Below, piece after piece: positions 50,875 through 64,000 of a DNA stretch of 64,000 nt. The stretch's first letter is position 1. Each line of letters begins with the position of its first letter. Position numbers and translations under genes: made by a program. Source of the stretch: a plasmid; sequence record NZ_CP110908.1; one strand, given 5' to 3'. Below the pieces are notes generated by a model. It was given only the letters and a program-made list of their open reading frames with translations, was not told the DNA's origin and searched no databases.

Positions 50875-51884
50875 ATGAAAACCGCCACTGCGCCGTTACC
50901 ACCGCTGCGTTCGGTCAAGGTTCTGGACCAGTTGCGTGAGCGCATACGCTACTTGCATTACAGCTTACCAACCGAACAGGCTTATGTCCACTGGGTTCGT
51001 GCCTTCATCCGTTTCCACGGTGTGCGTCACCCGGCAACCTTGGGCAGCAGCGAAGTCGAGGCATTTCTGTCCTGGCTGGCGAACGAGCGCAAGGTTTCGG
51101 TCTCCACGCATCGTCAGGCATTGGCGGCCTTGCTGTTCTTCTACGGCAAGGTGCTGTGCACGGATCTGCCCTGGCTTCAGGAGATCGGAAGACCTCGGCC
51201 GTCGCGGCGCTTGCCGGTGGTGCTGACCCCGGATGAAGTGGTTCGCATCCTCGGTTTTCTGGAAGGCGAGCATCGTTTGCCCAGCTTCTGTATGGAACGG
51301 GCATGCGGATCAGTGAGGGTTTGCAACTGCGGGTCAAGGATCTGGATTTCGATCACGGCACGATCATCGTGCGGGAGGGCAAGGGCTCCAAGGATCGGGC
51401 CTTGATGTTACCCGAGAGCTTGGCACCCAGCCTGCGCGAGCAGCTGTCGCGTGCACGGGCATGGTGGCTGAAGGACCAGGCCGAGGGCCGCAGCGGCGTT
51501 GCGCTTCCCGACGCCCTTGAGCGGAAGTATCCGCGCGCCGGGCATTCCTGGCCGTGGTTCTGGGTTTTTGCGCAGCACACGCATTCGACCGATCCACGGA
51601 GCGGTGTCGTGCGTCGCCATCACATGTATGACCAGACCTTTCAGCGCGCCTTCAAACGTGCCGTAGAACAAGCAGGCATCACGAAGCCCGCCACACCGCA
51701 CACCCTCCGCCACTCGTTCGCGACGGCCTTGCTCCGCAGCGGTTACGACATTCGAACCGTGCAGGATCTGCTCGGCCATTCCGACGTCTCTACGACGATG
51801 ATTTACACGCATGTGCTGAAAGTTGGCGGTGCCGGAGTGCGCTCACCGCTTGATGCGCTGCCGCCCCTCACTAGTGAGAGGTAG
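50875..51884 (+). pseudogene. intI1: Class 1 integron integrase IntI1, frameshifted (apparent 4-bp deletion near 51270)
   Basis: The two frames at 50875-51405 and 51303-51884 together reproduce IntI1 apart from the break at ...LEGEHRL|...MRISEGLQL. Relative to the IntI1 sequence as recalled ([21 protein letters not shown]), the tetranucleotide TTCG is missing after CGTTTG. The total length is 1010 bp, where an intact intI1 is 1014 bp. Confidence 0.7.
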
Positions 51885-52061
51885 GGCAGCGCAAGTCAAT
51901 CCTGGCGGATTCACTACCCCTGCGCGAAGGCCATCGGTGCCGCATCGAACGGCCGGTTGCGGAAAGTCCTCCCTGCGTCCGCTGATGGCCGGCAGCAGCC
52001 CGTCGTTGCCTGATGGATCCAACCCCTCCGCTGCTATAGTGCAGTCGGCTTCTGACGTTCA

Positions 52062-52086
52062 GTGCAGCCGTCTTCTGAAAACGACA
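52062..52086 (-). repeat. IRi, the 25-bp inverted repeat marking the intI1 end of the class 1 integron/Tn402
   Basis: gtgcagccgtcttctgaaaacgaca is the reverse complement of TGTCGTTTTCAGAAGACGGCTGCAC. Confidence 0.9.
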
Positions 52087-52276
52087 AACAGCCAGAAAGG
52101 CTGTTACAGGCGATTTGATCTGCAACCTATTGGTTAAATTAATGTATCAAAAACGATGGTTTTTGTGACAGTCTTGAAAAGTCCTGACTTCTCCCGAAAA
52201 ATGACTCCCCTCATGTAACAAAACTCGTTACTGTATCAACATAACAATAACCCCATAACTAATTAGCGAGAAAAGA

Positions 52277-52306
52277 ATGAAAATCGGCTATGCACGTAAA
52301 TCTACG
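52277..52306 (+). pseudogene. First 10 codons (MKIGYARKST) of a serine resolvase/invertase gene, cut off by IS26
   Basis: MKIGYAR(V/K)ST is the conserved resolvase N-terminus with the catalytic-Ser context. The ORF continues into the IS26 IR. Confidence 0.45.
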
Positions 52307-53126
52307 GGCACTGTTGCAAAGTTAGCGATGAGGCAGCCTTTTGTCTTATTCAAAGGCCTTACATTTCAAAAACTCTGCTTACCAGGCGCATTTCGCCCAG
52401 GGGATCACCATAATAAAATGCTGAGGCCTGGCCTTTGCGTAGTGCACGCATCACCTCAATACCTTTGATGGTGGCGTAAGCCGTCTTCATGGATTTAAAT
52501 CCCAGCGTGGCGCCGATTATCCGTTTCAGTTTGCCATGATCGCATTCAATCACGTTGTTCCGGTACTTAATCTGTCGGTGTTCAACGTCAGACGGGCACC
52601 GGCCTTCGCGTTTGAGCAGAGCAAGCGCGCGACCATAGGCGGGCGCTTTATCCGTGTTGATGAATCGCGGGATCTGCCACTTCTTCACGTTGTTGAGGAT
52701 TTTACCCAGAAACCGGTATGCAGCTTTGCTGTTACGACGGGAGGAGAGATAAAAATCGACAGTGCGGCCCCGGCTGTCGACGGCCCGGTACAGATACGCC
52801 CAGCGGCCATTGACCTTCACGTAGGTTTCATCCATGTGCCACGGGCAAAGATCGGAAGGGTTACGCCAGTACCAGCGCAGCCGTTTTTCCATTTCAGGCG
52901 CATAACGCTGAACCCAGCGGTAAATCGTGGAGTGATCGACATTCACTCCGCGTTCAGCCAGCATCTCCTGCAGCTCACGGTAACTGATGCCGTATTTGCA
53001 GTACCAGCGTACGGCCCACAGAATGATGTCACGCTGAAAATGCCGGCCTTTGAATGGGTTCATGTGCAGCTCCATCAGCAAAAGGGGATGATAAGTTTAT
53101 CACCACCGACTATTTGCAACAGTGCC
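52307..53126 (-). mobile_element. IS26 (820 bp), inverted relative to the copy at 39258
   Basis: IRs GGCACTGTTGCAAA at 52307 and its complement at 53113-53126. The transposase is on the minus strand (52359-53063). Confidence 0.95.
52359..53063 (-). CDS. tnpA: IS26 transposase Tnp26
   Basis: Identical at protein level to the copy at 39321-40025. Confidence 0.95.
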   Translation of the reverse strand: MNPFKGRHFQRDIILWAVRWYCKYGISYRELQEMLAERGVNVDHSTIYRWVQRYAPEMEKRLRWYWRNPSDLCPWHMDETYVKVNGRWAYLYRAVDSRGRTVDFYLSSRRNSKAAYRFLGKILNNVKKWQIPRFINTDKAPAYGRALALLKREGRCPSDVEHRQIKYRNNVIECDHGKLKRIIGATLGFKSMKTAYATIKGIEVMRALRKGQASAFYYGDPLGEMRLVSRVFEM

Positions 53127-53210
53127 GTGACAGGAACCAGTAAGTGTCCATACGCCCATTTATCCAGAATTTTCGAGATAAAGCCGTTACTTATTGCGGT
53201 TGGATTCTGT

Positions 53211-53999
53211 TCAAGCGTTAGCATCACGTAATGGCCAGGATTCGAAGAGGTAACCGTCGAAATTAAGATCATCAAAATCTGAGAGTTCCAGCAGGCGGTT
53301 TTTCACATTCTCAAGATGCTGCCACATGGCTAATTTCGCGGCCCGTGCATCTTTTTTGATTAAAGCAGCAAGGATCTGTTTGTGATCGACCAACCATTCC
53401 TTACGGTACTGTGTATCACGTAAATGAAGATGGAGCTGAATCCACATGGGATTATTAACACGCCACTGCCAGGACTGCTTAAACAGCTCAACCAACATGC
53501 TATTATGAGTCGCTTCAGCAATTGCCAGATGAAATTGCATATCACCGACCTCGTGATCGTCAGAAACTGCCCCCTCCTCCTGCAACTGCAAAGCGCGGCG
53601 CATTTTTATGATATCTTCACGGGTCGCCTGTAAGGCGGCGAATTCGGCTATGTTACTTTCCAGCAGTTGTCGGGCCTGGAGAAGTTCAAAAGGACCGGCA
53701 TCATTACACTGGTTCGGTGTATTCTCGTCGCTGCTCTCTTCATCTCTGACGACCCCCTCTTTCCCATCAGGAATGCGTACCACAAAAATACCAGCGCCCC
53801 GACGAACTTCAACGATGCCTTCGATTTCCAGCATGATCAACGCTTCACGAACGACCGTACGGCTGACTTCAAGCATGTCTGCTATTTCGCGTTCTGGCGG
53901 TAATCTCCCACCTACGGCATATTTTTTCTCAATGATCATCAGGCGCAGCATGGAACCCACCTCCTGGTAGGGACGCTGCTGAAATAGAGCTTGTTTCAT
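53211..53999 (-). CDS. uxuR: GntR/FadR-family repressor of hexuronate catabolism (UxuR-like)
   Basis: 262 aa, ...RPYQEVGSMLRLMIIEKKYAVGGRLPPEREIADMLEVSRTVVREALIMLEIEGIVEVRRGAGIFV...CNDAGPFELLQARQLLESNIAEFAALQATREDI..., close to E. coli UxuR. Confidence 0.85.
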   Translation of the reverse strand: MKQALFQQRPYQEVGSMLRLMIIEKKYAVGGRLPPEREIADMLEVSRTVVREALIMLEIEGIVEVRRGAGIFVVRIPDGKEGVVRDEESSDENTPNQCNDAGPFELLQARQLLESNIAEFAALQATREDIIKMRRALQLQEEGAVSDDHEVGDMQFHLAIAEATHNSMLVELFKQSWQWRVNNPMWIQLHLHLRDTQYRKEWLVDHKQILAALIKKDARAAKLAMWQHLENVKNRLLELSDFDDLNFDGYLFESWPLRDANA

Positions 54000-54177
54000 G
54001 GTGGCTGTGGCTTCACTTTTACCAAAATAACCCCGTAATATCGGGGATTACTCAGACTATAGCATAAGTTGTCAGTCAGCTATAGCCACACAAACCAAAC
54101 AATGACACCAATTAAATTATGAACAAATACAATATGTTAACTTGATTTATAACATAGCAAAATGCACCGAAAGAAAA

Positions 54178-54192
54178 AATTGGCTGACCAAT
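54178..54192. promoter_or_regulatory. Putative UxuR/ExuR operator palindrome (AATTGGCTGACCAAT) in the uxuR promoter region
   Basis: TTGG-N5-CCAA dyad upstream of uxuR. Related palindromes occur before uxuA and uidA/uidR. Confidence 0.4.
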
Positions 54193-54216
54193 CACTGCCT
54201 GCGGTGCCTCGCATTA

Positions 54217-55647
54217 TTAGCTGACAAATAATGCCTGATCCACCGTAAAATAGCGCTGAGCATTATTGAAACAAATGTCCTGCACCATACGACTCAACAT
54301 TACTTCATCATCAGGGATTTCACCCTCTTCAGCCCATCGGCCAATCAGGTTACACAATAAACGTCGGAAATATTCATGCCGGGTATAGGACAGAAAACTA
54401 CGAGAGTCGGTCAACATGCCGACAAACTGACTTAACAACCCCATCTGTGATAACTGTTCCAGCTGGCGCAACATACCATCTTTCTGATCATTGAACCACC
54501 AACCAGAACCAAACTGTACCTTCCCGGAAATACCCGGCCCCTGGAAGTTGCCAATCATCGTCGCCAGCACTTCGTTATCACGTGGATTGAGGCAGTAAAG
54601 AATCGTTTTCGGCAGCTCGTTGGTCATATCCATGCTATCGAGCAACCGGGCAAGCGGCTGACTGATATTATTATCGCCAATTGAGTCAAAACCGCTGTCC
54701 GGCCCAAGTAAACGGAACATTCGCGTATTGTTGTTACGAATAGCCCCAATGTGCAGCTGCATCACCCATCCCCGTGCAGCATACTGGCGACCCAACCAGA
54801 CCAAAACCGCCGTAGAAAATTGCGCAATCTCCAGCTCGCTGAGTTCATTGCCCGCGAGACGTTTAGCAAGAATAGCGTCGAGCTGCGCGTCGTTCGGTAT
54901 CTGGGCAAAACGCACCGTTTCAATACCGTGATCCGACACGCGGCACCCATGTGCAACAAAATGATCGAGACGACGGCGCAGCGCACAGCGCAGATCATCG
55001 AAGCGGGTAATGCTAATATCCGCTGCAGCTTCCAGCTTATGCAAATAATCAACAAAACCCTCCAGCTCGATTTTAAAGACCCGGTCAGGACGCCAGCTCG
55101 GTGCAACATCGATATCAACGCTTGCATCCTCGGCGATTTGCCGGTGATACCGCAAATCGTCAATGGGATCGTCGGTAGTGCCGACCATTCTTACATTCAT
55201 CTGTCGCATGATCCCGCGGGCCGAAAACTCTGGGGTAGCCAGCTTCGCGTTGCAGTGTTCCCAAATAGCATCAGCGCTTTGCGGATCCAGCAGCGTATTC
55301 GTGATGCCGAAGGGACGACGTAACTCGAGGTGCGTCCAGTGGTACAGTGGGTTACCTAGTGTTTTTGGCACCGTGTCCGCCCAGGCAAGATATTTTTCGT
55401 AATCACTGGTTTCTTTCCCGGTAATGAGCCTCTCCTCTACCCCCGCAGTACGTAGAGCTCGCCACTTATAATGGTCCCCTTCAAGCCAGATTTGCCCAAG
55501 ATTTTCAAAACGGCGATCCTGCGCAATCTCTTTCGGGCTCAGGTGGCAATGGAAGTCGTAAATGGGCATTACTGCCGCATACCTGTGGTAGAGCATGCGG
55601 GCAATCTCATTTTTGAGTAAAAAGTCTTCCGTCATAAATGCGGCCAT
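54217..55647 (-). CDS. uxaC: Glucuronate (uronate) isomerase
   Basis: 476 aa, [44 protein letters not shown]..., UxaC family. Confidence 0.9.
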   Translation of the reverse strand: MAAFMTEDFLLKNEIARMLYHRYAAVMPIYDFHCHLSPKEIAQDRRFENLGQIWLEGDHYKWRALRTAGVEERLITGKETSDYEKYLAWADTVPKTLGNPLYHWTHLELRRPFGITNTLLDPQSADAIWEHCNAKLATPEFSARGIMRQMNVRMVGTTDDPIDDLRYHRQIAEDASVDIDVAPSWRPDRVFKIELEGFVDYLHKLEAAADISITRFDDLRCALRRRLDHFVAHGCRVSDHGIETVRFAQIPNDAQLDAILAKRLAGNELSELEIAQFSTAVLVWLGRQYAARGWVMQLHIGAIRNNNTRMFRLLGPDSGFDSIGDNNISQPLARLLDSMDMTNELPKTILYCLNPRDNEVLATMIGNFQGPGISGKVQFGSGWWFNDQKDGMLRQLEQLSQMGLLSQFVGMLTDSRSFLSYTRHEYFRRLLCNLIGRWAEEGEIPDDEVMLSRMVQDICFNNAQRYFTVDQALFVS

Positions 55648-55666
55648 GGTTTTTCTCCTTTATTAA

Positions 55667-57136
55667 TCACTGTAGCGATTCAAGCACCGCGCGTGCTCCG
55701 CGCTGTTCCAGCCGGACGTACGTCTCCATGACCGCATTTACGAACGAGCTATTTTCTGGCAGATCGCGACCAAAAATTGACTCAATTGCCAGTAGCGCAC
55801 GTACACGTTCTTGCGCGCTATGATACTGCTGATGGATAGCCTGATAGCGGGCAAAAAGTGGATCGACGATATCTATCTTTTGTCCTTTATCGTCAAGACC
55901 ACGAACGTAGCGCATCCATCCAGCAACGCCAAGAACCAGATGACGATGATCGGTTCCCTTTGCCAAATGGATACGAATTGGATCAAGCAGGCGTTGCGGT
56001 AATTTCTGACTGCCATCCATTGCAATCTGCGAGGTACGGTGCCTGAGTGAAGGGTTGGTAAAACGGGAGAGCAGTAAATCAGCGTAACCCGATAAATCAG
56101 TGCCCTCAGGCATCGACAACGTGGGAGCTTGTTCATTCAGCATCAACTTCCGTACCGCCTGACGATATTCTGGATTAGCCATGGTATCGGCGATTGTTTC
56201 ATAGCCGGCCAGATAGCCAAGATACGCCAGAAAAGAGTGACTACCGTTCAGCATCCGTAGTTTCATCATTTCAAATGGTACGACGTCTTCGACAAACTGT
56301 GCCCCGACGTTGTCCCACTCCGGTCTGCCATTGACAAAGTTATCTTCTATCACCCACTGACGGAAAGGCTCGCAGGCTATACCACAGGGATCGAACACAC
56401 CAAGCTGATCGGCAATCAGTTGCAGTGTCTCTTCCGTTACTGCCGGAACAATACGGTCAACCATGGTACAAGGGAATGTTACGTTTTGCGCAATCCACGT
56501 CGCCAGCTCCGTCGAACGTGCCTTTGCCAGTCCTATAACCGCCGCTCTGGCAACGAGACCATTCTCTCGAACGTTATCACATGACAGAACGGTAAATGGC
56601 CTTATCCCCTGCAGACGACGCATGTCTAAAGCCTCAACGATGTATCCAATAGCCGACTTAGGTTGTTGTGGTGATGTAAGGTCATGTTTAATCAGAGGGT
56701 TGTTCAGATCCAACTTGCCGCTGGCTGCCTCCGTGCAGTAGCCCTTTTCCGTCACTGTCAGAGAAACAATCGCCGTCTCGGGACGCGCCATGGCTTTCAG
56801 AATCCCGTCACATCCATCAAATTCAGGGTGCAGAGCTTCTTTCATTGAGCCAATGATCTTAAGTTCTGTTATTTCCGCTCCACGTTCTGCGACGGTATAA
56901 AGCAGATTTTGTGCTCTAAGGTTTTCAATCAACCGTGCATCGTTCCCCGGCATCAGGTTAACTTCACAGATCCCCCAGTCGCTGTCGCTACACTCCAGCA
57001 AATGGTGAGTAAACAACGCCTGATGTGCACGGTGAAACGCCCCGCATCCCAGGTGGACGATACGGGAAACCAGACGCGAACCGTCCCATTGCGGACGGGT
57101 AGCGGAAAGCGAGCCGCTAACGATATTTTGTTCCAT
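55667..57136 (-). CDS. uxuB: D-mannonate oxidoreductase (fructuronate reductase), mannitol-dehydrogenase family
   Basis: MEQNIVSG...RPQWDGSRLVSRIVHLGCGAFHRAHQALFTHHLLECSDSDWGICEVNLMPGND... is close to E. coli UxuB. The ORF track starts 11 codons upstream at 57169. Confidence 0.85.
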   Translation of the reverse strand: MEQNIVSGSLSATRPQWDGSRLVSRIVHLGCGAFHRAHQALFTHHLLECSDSDWGICEVNLMPGNDARLIENLRAQNLLYTVAERGAEITELKIIGSMKEALHPEFDGCDGILKAMARPETAIVSLTVTEKGYCTEAASGKLDLNNPLIKHDLTSPQQPKSAIGYIVEALDMRRLQGIRPFTVLSCDNVRENGLVARAAVIGLAKARSTELATWIAQNVTFPCTMVDRIVPAVTEETLQLIADQLGVFDPCGIACEPFRQWVIEDNFVNGRPEWDNVGAQFVEDVVPFEMMKLRMLNGSHSFLAYLGYLAGYETIADTMANPEYRQAVRKLMLNEQAPTLSMPEGTDLSGYADLLLSRFTNPSLRHRTSQIAMDGSQKLPQRLLDPIRIHLAKGTDHRHLVLGVAGWMRYVRGLDDKGQKIDIVDPLFARYQAIHQQYHSAQERVRALLAIESIFGRDLPENSSFVNAVMETYVRLEQRGARAVLESLQ

Positions 57137-57242
57137 GGCAAACTCCTGTCGTGCGATGACTTCACCCACGAAATGTGGGTGAGTATGTGTCTACTGCAGT
57201 GGATATAAACGCTGAATGGCCGGTGACGCCACCGGCGGAAAC

Positions 57243-58427
57243 TTAATGACTGAAGAAGGCGCGCTGAATCGCCAGTTCGACTCCTCGTACTTCAGCCAAC
57301 CCTTTCAGACGGCCAATTGCCGAGTAGCCCGGATTTGTTTTCTTTTTCAAATCGTCCAGCATCTGATGCCCATGGTCAGGACGCATAGGGATCAGATCCT
57401 CGTAGCCTTCGGCTTTACGGCGATACTCTTCCTCGACGATGGCCTTCACCACGGCATACATGTCCACATCACCATACAGATGCGCCGCTTCATGGAACGT
57501 TTTTGGGTTATCTTCACGCAATGTTGAGCGTAAATGCGTGAAGTAAATACGTGGGCCGAACAGTTGAATCATACCGACCAAATCGTTATCCGCACGGACG
57601 CCGTAAGAGCCGGTACACATGGTGAAACCATTCGCCATGCTGTTGACGGTCTCCACCATCCACTGCATATCTTCAATGGTGGAGACTATACGCGGTAGAC
57701 CCAGGATCGGGCGCGGCGGGTCATCAGGGTGTACCGCCATACGAACGCCGGTCGCTTCGGCAACCGGAACGATGGCTTTGAGGAAATACGCAAAGTTGTC
57801 ACGCAATTTTGCTTTATCAATATTTTGATAAGTCGCCAGATGGGCGCGGAACTGATCTAGCGTATAGCCCTCTTCTGCTCCCGGAAGACCAGCAATTATA
57901 TTGCGAGTCAGGCGTGCTTTATCTTCTTCACTCATGGCAGCGAAGCGCTGATTGGCCAGCTCTATCTCTTCTGCTGTGTAATCAGTTTCTGCCCCCTGGC
58001 GTTGTAAAAGGTGTAATTCAAACACTGCGAACTCTATCTGGTCAAAACGCAACGCTTTTGAACCATCCGGCAAAACATATTCAAGATCAGTGCGAGTCCA
58101 GTCCAGTACAGGCATGAAGTTGTAGCAAACGGTGTAGATCCCGCATTGTGCCAGGTTACGCAGCGTCTGTTGATAATTGTTTATCCACAGATCGTATTGA
58201 CCACTGTGGGTTTTGATATCCTCATGAATCGGCACGCTCTCGACCACAGACCACTCGAGCCCCGCCTCTTCGACAATAGTTTTACGCTCCAGAATCTCTT
58301 CAACAGACCAAACCAGCCCATTCGGGATATGGTGTAATGCGGTTACCACGCCACTTGCGCCAGCCTGACGTACATCGGCAAGCGTTACCGGGTCATTAGG
58401 GCCATACCAACGCCAGGTTTGTTTCAT
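57243..58427 (-). CDS. uxuA: D-mannonate dehydratase
   Basis: 394 aa, [35 protein letters not shown]..., UxuA family. Confidence 0.9.
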   Translation of the reverse strand: MKQTWRWYGPNDPVTLADVRQAGASGVVTALHHIPNGLVWSVEEILERKTIVEEAGLEWSVVESVPIHEDIKTHSGQYDLWINNYQQTLRNLAQCGIYTVCYNFMPVLDWTRTDLEYVLPDGSKALRFDQIEFAVFELHLLQRQGAETDYTAEEIELANQRFAAMSEEDKARLTRNIIAGLPGAEEGYTLDQFRAHLATYQNIDKAKLRDNFAYFLKAIVPVAEATGVRMAVHPDDPPRPILGLPRIVSTIEDMQWMVETVNSMANGFTMCTGSYGVRADNDLVGMIQLFGPRIYFTHLRSTLREDNPKTFHEAAHLYGDVDMYAVVKAIVEEEYRRKAEGYEDLIPMRPDHGHQMLDDLKKKTNPGYSAIGRLKGLAEVRGVELAIQRAFFSH

Positions 58428-58540
58428 ATTTCAACTCCTCTCTTACGATGAGATCGCTGTTTTATACAGCTCAAACAGGCTATAGCCATGTTTAGGGGGG
58501 ACGAGTCATACAGTCAAACAACCCGCCAAACAAGCCAACC

Positions 58541-58557
58541 TATTGGTCGACCAATTA
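58541..58557. promoter_or_regulatory. Putative UxuR/ExuR operator, perfect palindrome TATTGGTCGACCAATTA upstream of uxuA
   Basis: Dyad ATTGGTCGACCAAT about 115 bp upstream of the uxuA start codon. Confidence 0.5.
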
Positions 58558-58728
58558 ATTTTTTAATAAATGCCAATCCGTTCTTCATCGCACATGCTTC
58601 GTCTGGAGTCTCAAGGCCATACTCAGGCAGGTGCTGATGAACAAGTTAAGCAACTACCGAAAGTCACAACACCCCAGCTATTCTGAAGCCATCCGATGTC
58701 GTAGTGAAAATGCCCCCTCCCGTTAGCA

Positions 58729-59994
58729 TCACCGCAGCATAAAGTCATACTGGATGCTCATCTTCACATCCCAGTAATTAAGCCTGTCACCTAGCGAACT
58801 GCCGTCGCGCTTTTCACGGCCCTTATCGGCGGCAAGGAATATATTCATCCCGCTGAGTGGCCCCTCGGCAACCCGATAGTTAACCGCACTGAGCAGCCCC
58901 ATACCTTCAATTTGTACATCTCGCTGACTGGATTCGTAGCCACGGGTGACAACTGGTGCCAGTGTTAAAGTCAGCTGCGGTGTCAGTCGATAGTTGGCCC
59001 CCATCTGCCAGGACTGCATCCCTTCGCGGTTGCGATCGAGGCTGAGTGAGAAGGGATAGCCAATATCTGTATCAACCACCGCACCATTCATCGAATGGCG
59101 GAGATATCCACCGCTAGCGAAAAGACTTCCCCACGGCGCACTCCAGGTCAACTGACCGCTGACCAATGCAGTCTCATTCGGCTGGCTGGACGAGCGGCTC
59201 AACCCATCAAGTCCGGCATAGAAACCCAATAGCTCGCCCTTCAGGGCATATCCCGACGACAACGGAATTGTTTGTTCAATAATGCTCTGCAGCTGGTGAG
59301 AGACATCTCTCTGTACTGAGCCCCCCAGTGAATAACGGCTACGATCATCATGCCAGCTGGCGGTTAAAAATGAGCGAGTTCGATGTTTATCGTATTTTCC
59401 GGTCTTACTGTTATATACACCTTCATCACGAATACCGGTTGCCGAGTCGGTCCATTGAAATACTCTTGTGCGCCACATTGCCCAAAGCTCAAAATTCTCT
59501 GTCGGAGCGAAATAACCTAAAGCGCCTTCGGAAACTGTAGGTAACGTACGCTGTGAACTGCCACCGATAAGGGGGATTCGCCACGGTAAACTCCCGTAAC
59601 TATAATCCGTTCCAAAACGCCCTATTTTCAATCTAACATTGTCACCAGCTTTTATTTTTAGAGCGCCAAGTGCATAGCCAAAACTTTCATGGTCATCTAA
59701 GTACCAGCGCGTACTCATATTATCTCGGGCACCAAGTTTATAAACGTAATAGGCACCACCCTCTACCCCTATAAATTGAGAGTAATAACCACTATTAAAA
59801 TCAACAAGCCCTCCCTGCACCCAGGCATATATATTCTTCCCAGTTCCGGCGCTGGGTTTGTCAGCCCTGCGCAACTCATTTTTTAATCTAAATCTTAATG
59901 CTGCTTCATCGTCAGAGATTTGTTCCGCTAACACAGAGGTACACACCGAGGCCACGGCTATAGCAATAGCCGTTAAACGTGTTATTTTATTCAT
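58729..59994 (-). CDS. uidC: Outer-membrane glucuronide porin UidC-like
   Basis: 421 aa with a signal peptide (MNKITRLTAIAIAVASVCTSVLA). Predicted beta-barrel with a C-terminal aromatic residue. Its position after uidB matches E. coli uidABC. Confidence 0.75.
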   Translation of the reverse strand: MNKITRLTAIAIAVASVCTSVLAEQISDDEAALRFRLKNELRRADKPSAGTGKNIYAWVQGGLVDFNSGYYSQFIGVEGGAYYVYKLGARDNMSTRWYLDDHESFGYALGALKIKAGDNVRLKIGRFGTDYSYGSLPWRIPLIGGSSQRTLPTVSEGALGYFAPTENFELWAMWRTRVFQWTDSATGIRDEGVYNSKTGKYDKHRTRSFLTASWHDDRSRYSLGGSVQRDVSHQLQSIIEQTIPLSSGYALKGELLGFYAGLDGLSRSSSQPNETALVSGQLTWSAPWGSLFASGGYLRHSMNGAVVDTDIGYPFSLSLDRNREGMQSWQMGANYRLTPQLTLTLAPVVTRGYESSQRDVQIEGMGLLSAVNYRVAEGPLSGMNIFLAADKGREKRDGSSLGDRLNYWDVKMSIQYDFMLR

Positions 59995-60042
59995 CGTTTA
60001 ACCTTTGGGTTTGTAATTGTTTTATAATAAAACTACAGGGCC

Positions 60043-63262
<3,220 letters not shown>

Positions 63263-63510
63263 AAAATGTACAAGTTAACCAGTTCATAGACCGCATTGTT
63301 ATCACGGATGAATCACTGCGGAGAATCCACACCACAAAGAACTGAAGAGAATGTCATAAAATTAAAATTTGCAATGTAGCTTATGCGACACCAATCACAC
63401 ATACATAAAACCATCAATTGACATAGATTGAAAAATACCCAACCAAACGTTCATTCTAGTTTTTCCTTGCATATGTTTCTCACTTCGGAAAGGCTACGCA
63501 ACATAAATTA

Positions 63511-63522
63511 TTGGTTGACCAA
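63511..63522. promoter_or_regulatory. Operator-like palindrome TTGGTTGACCAA in the uidR promoter region
   Basis: Second copy of the TTGGT-N2-ACCAA dyad in the divergent uidA-uidR intergenic region. Confidence 0.5.
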
Positions 63523-63600
63523 AAAAAGTTAATTTGCCGGTAGGCGTCAATCTACTCACCGGTTACACTGTTGTTTTCGAAGAAGAATCGAGCAACCTCA

Positions 63601-64000
63601 ATGGGTAAAAAATTATCCGGAATGTCAACGCGTACCAGGATCCTGAATGCCGCAAGAGAGTGCTTTGCAGAAAATGGTTTTCATAACACGTCAATGAAAA
63701 CCATCTGCAAGGCCAGCGACATGAGTCCTGGAACCTTGTATCACCACTTCGTGTCAAAAGAGGCCTTGATTCAGGCCATAATCCTTGAAGATCAGGAAAG
63801 AGCCTTAACCCGCTTTCGTCATCCACTCGAAGGCGTTGGCCTGGTAGATTATCTGGTGGACTCTATGATTGACGTCACACATGAAGATTGCGCTCAACGC
63901 GCGTTAGTTATGGAAATAATGGCGGAGGGGATGCGAAATCCTCAGGTCGCGGACATGCTCAAAAGCAAATACCAAACCATCACAGATTTCCTCGTTGCAC
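63601..64000 (+). CDS. uidR: TetR-family repressor UidR (5' part; the gene runs off the window)
   Basis: MGKKLSGMSTRTRILNAARECFAENGFHNTSMKTICKASDMSPGTLYHHFVSKEALIQAIILEDQERAL... is close to E. coli UidR/GusR. It is divergent from uidA here. Confidence 0.85.
   Translation, partial: MGKKLSGMSTRTRILNAARECFAENGFHNTSMKTICKASDMSPGTLYHHFVSKEALIQAIILEDQERALTRFRHPLEGVGLVDYLVDSMIDVTHEDCAQRALVMEIMAEGMRNPQVADMLKSKYQTITDFLVA

Overview
This is a mosaic accessory region from an Enterobacteriaceae replicon (E. coli-like). The content is most consistent with a large F-like hybrid plasmid or a plasmid-derived island, but the replicon type cannot be decided from this window. Reading left to right there are six segments.

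(1) 1-6.3 kb: an intact L-threonate/D-erythronate catabolic cluster, ygbI then ltnD-otnK-otnC-otnI-ygbN, with the same gene order as the E. coli K-12 ygbI-ygbJKLMN locus.

(2) 6.3-9.3 kb: an F-plasmid-type maintenance block, resD-ccdB-ccdA, divergent from vagC-vagD (VapBC).

(3) 9.5-12.4 kb: a decayed Gabija-like defence operon. The OLD-family ATPase/Toprim gene gajA is frameshifted in a T7 tract. The UvrD-like helicase gene gajB is cut after about 58 codons by an IS903-like element, whose own transposase is frameshifted.

(4) 12.4-31.1 kb: a group-3-type capsule locus, lipoprotein-kpsD-kpsM-kpsT-kpsE / region 2 / kpsC-kpsS. Region 2 is very AT-rich and encodes a Stealth-family hexose-phosphate transferase, a 1394-aa GT2 + TagF-like + TPR capsule polymerase and a GT61/DUF563-like protein. 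It is interrupted by IS1 and an IS2-like element and carries a 3' remnant of rmlC.

(5) 31.2-53.1 kb: a multidrug-resistance mosaic. In order it holds an IS5-like remnant, a Tn3 fragment with blaTEM-1, an IS1182-family element, a DUF3883 ORF, a tRNA-Leu(UAA) gene split by a group-I-type intron, tmrB, aac(3)-IId, IS26, mph(A)-mrx-mphR(A), IS6100, padR-chrA, an IS5075-like element inside a Tn21-type IR, the class 1 integron (orf5 remnant-sul1-qacEdelta1-aadA2-gcuF-dfrA12-intI1 with intI1 frameshifted), IRi, a resolvase stub and a second, inverted IS26.

(6) 53.2-64 kb: a compact glucuronide/glucuronate catabolic island, uxuR, uxaC, uxuB, uxuA, uidC, uidB, uidA and divergent uidR, with TTGGT-N2-ACCAA operator palindromes.

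The most unusual observation is the intron-containing, cyanobacterial/plastid-type tRNA-Leu(UAA) sitting inside the aac(3)-IId/tmrB resistance module.
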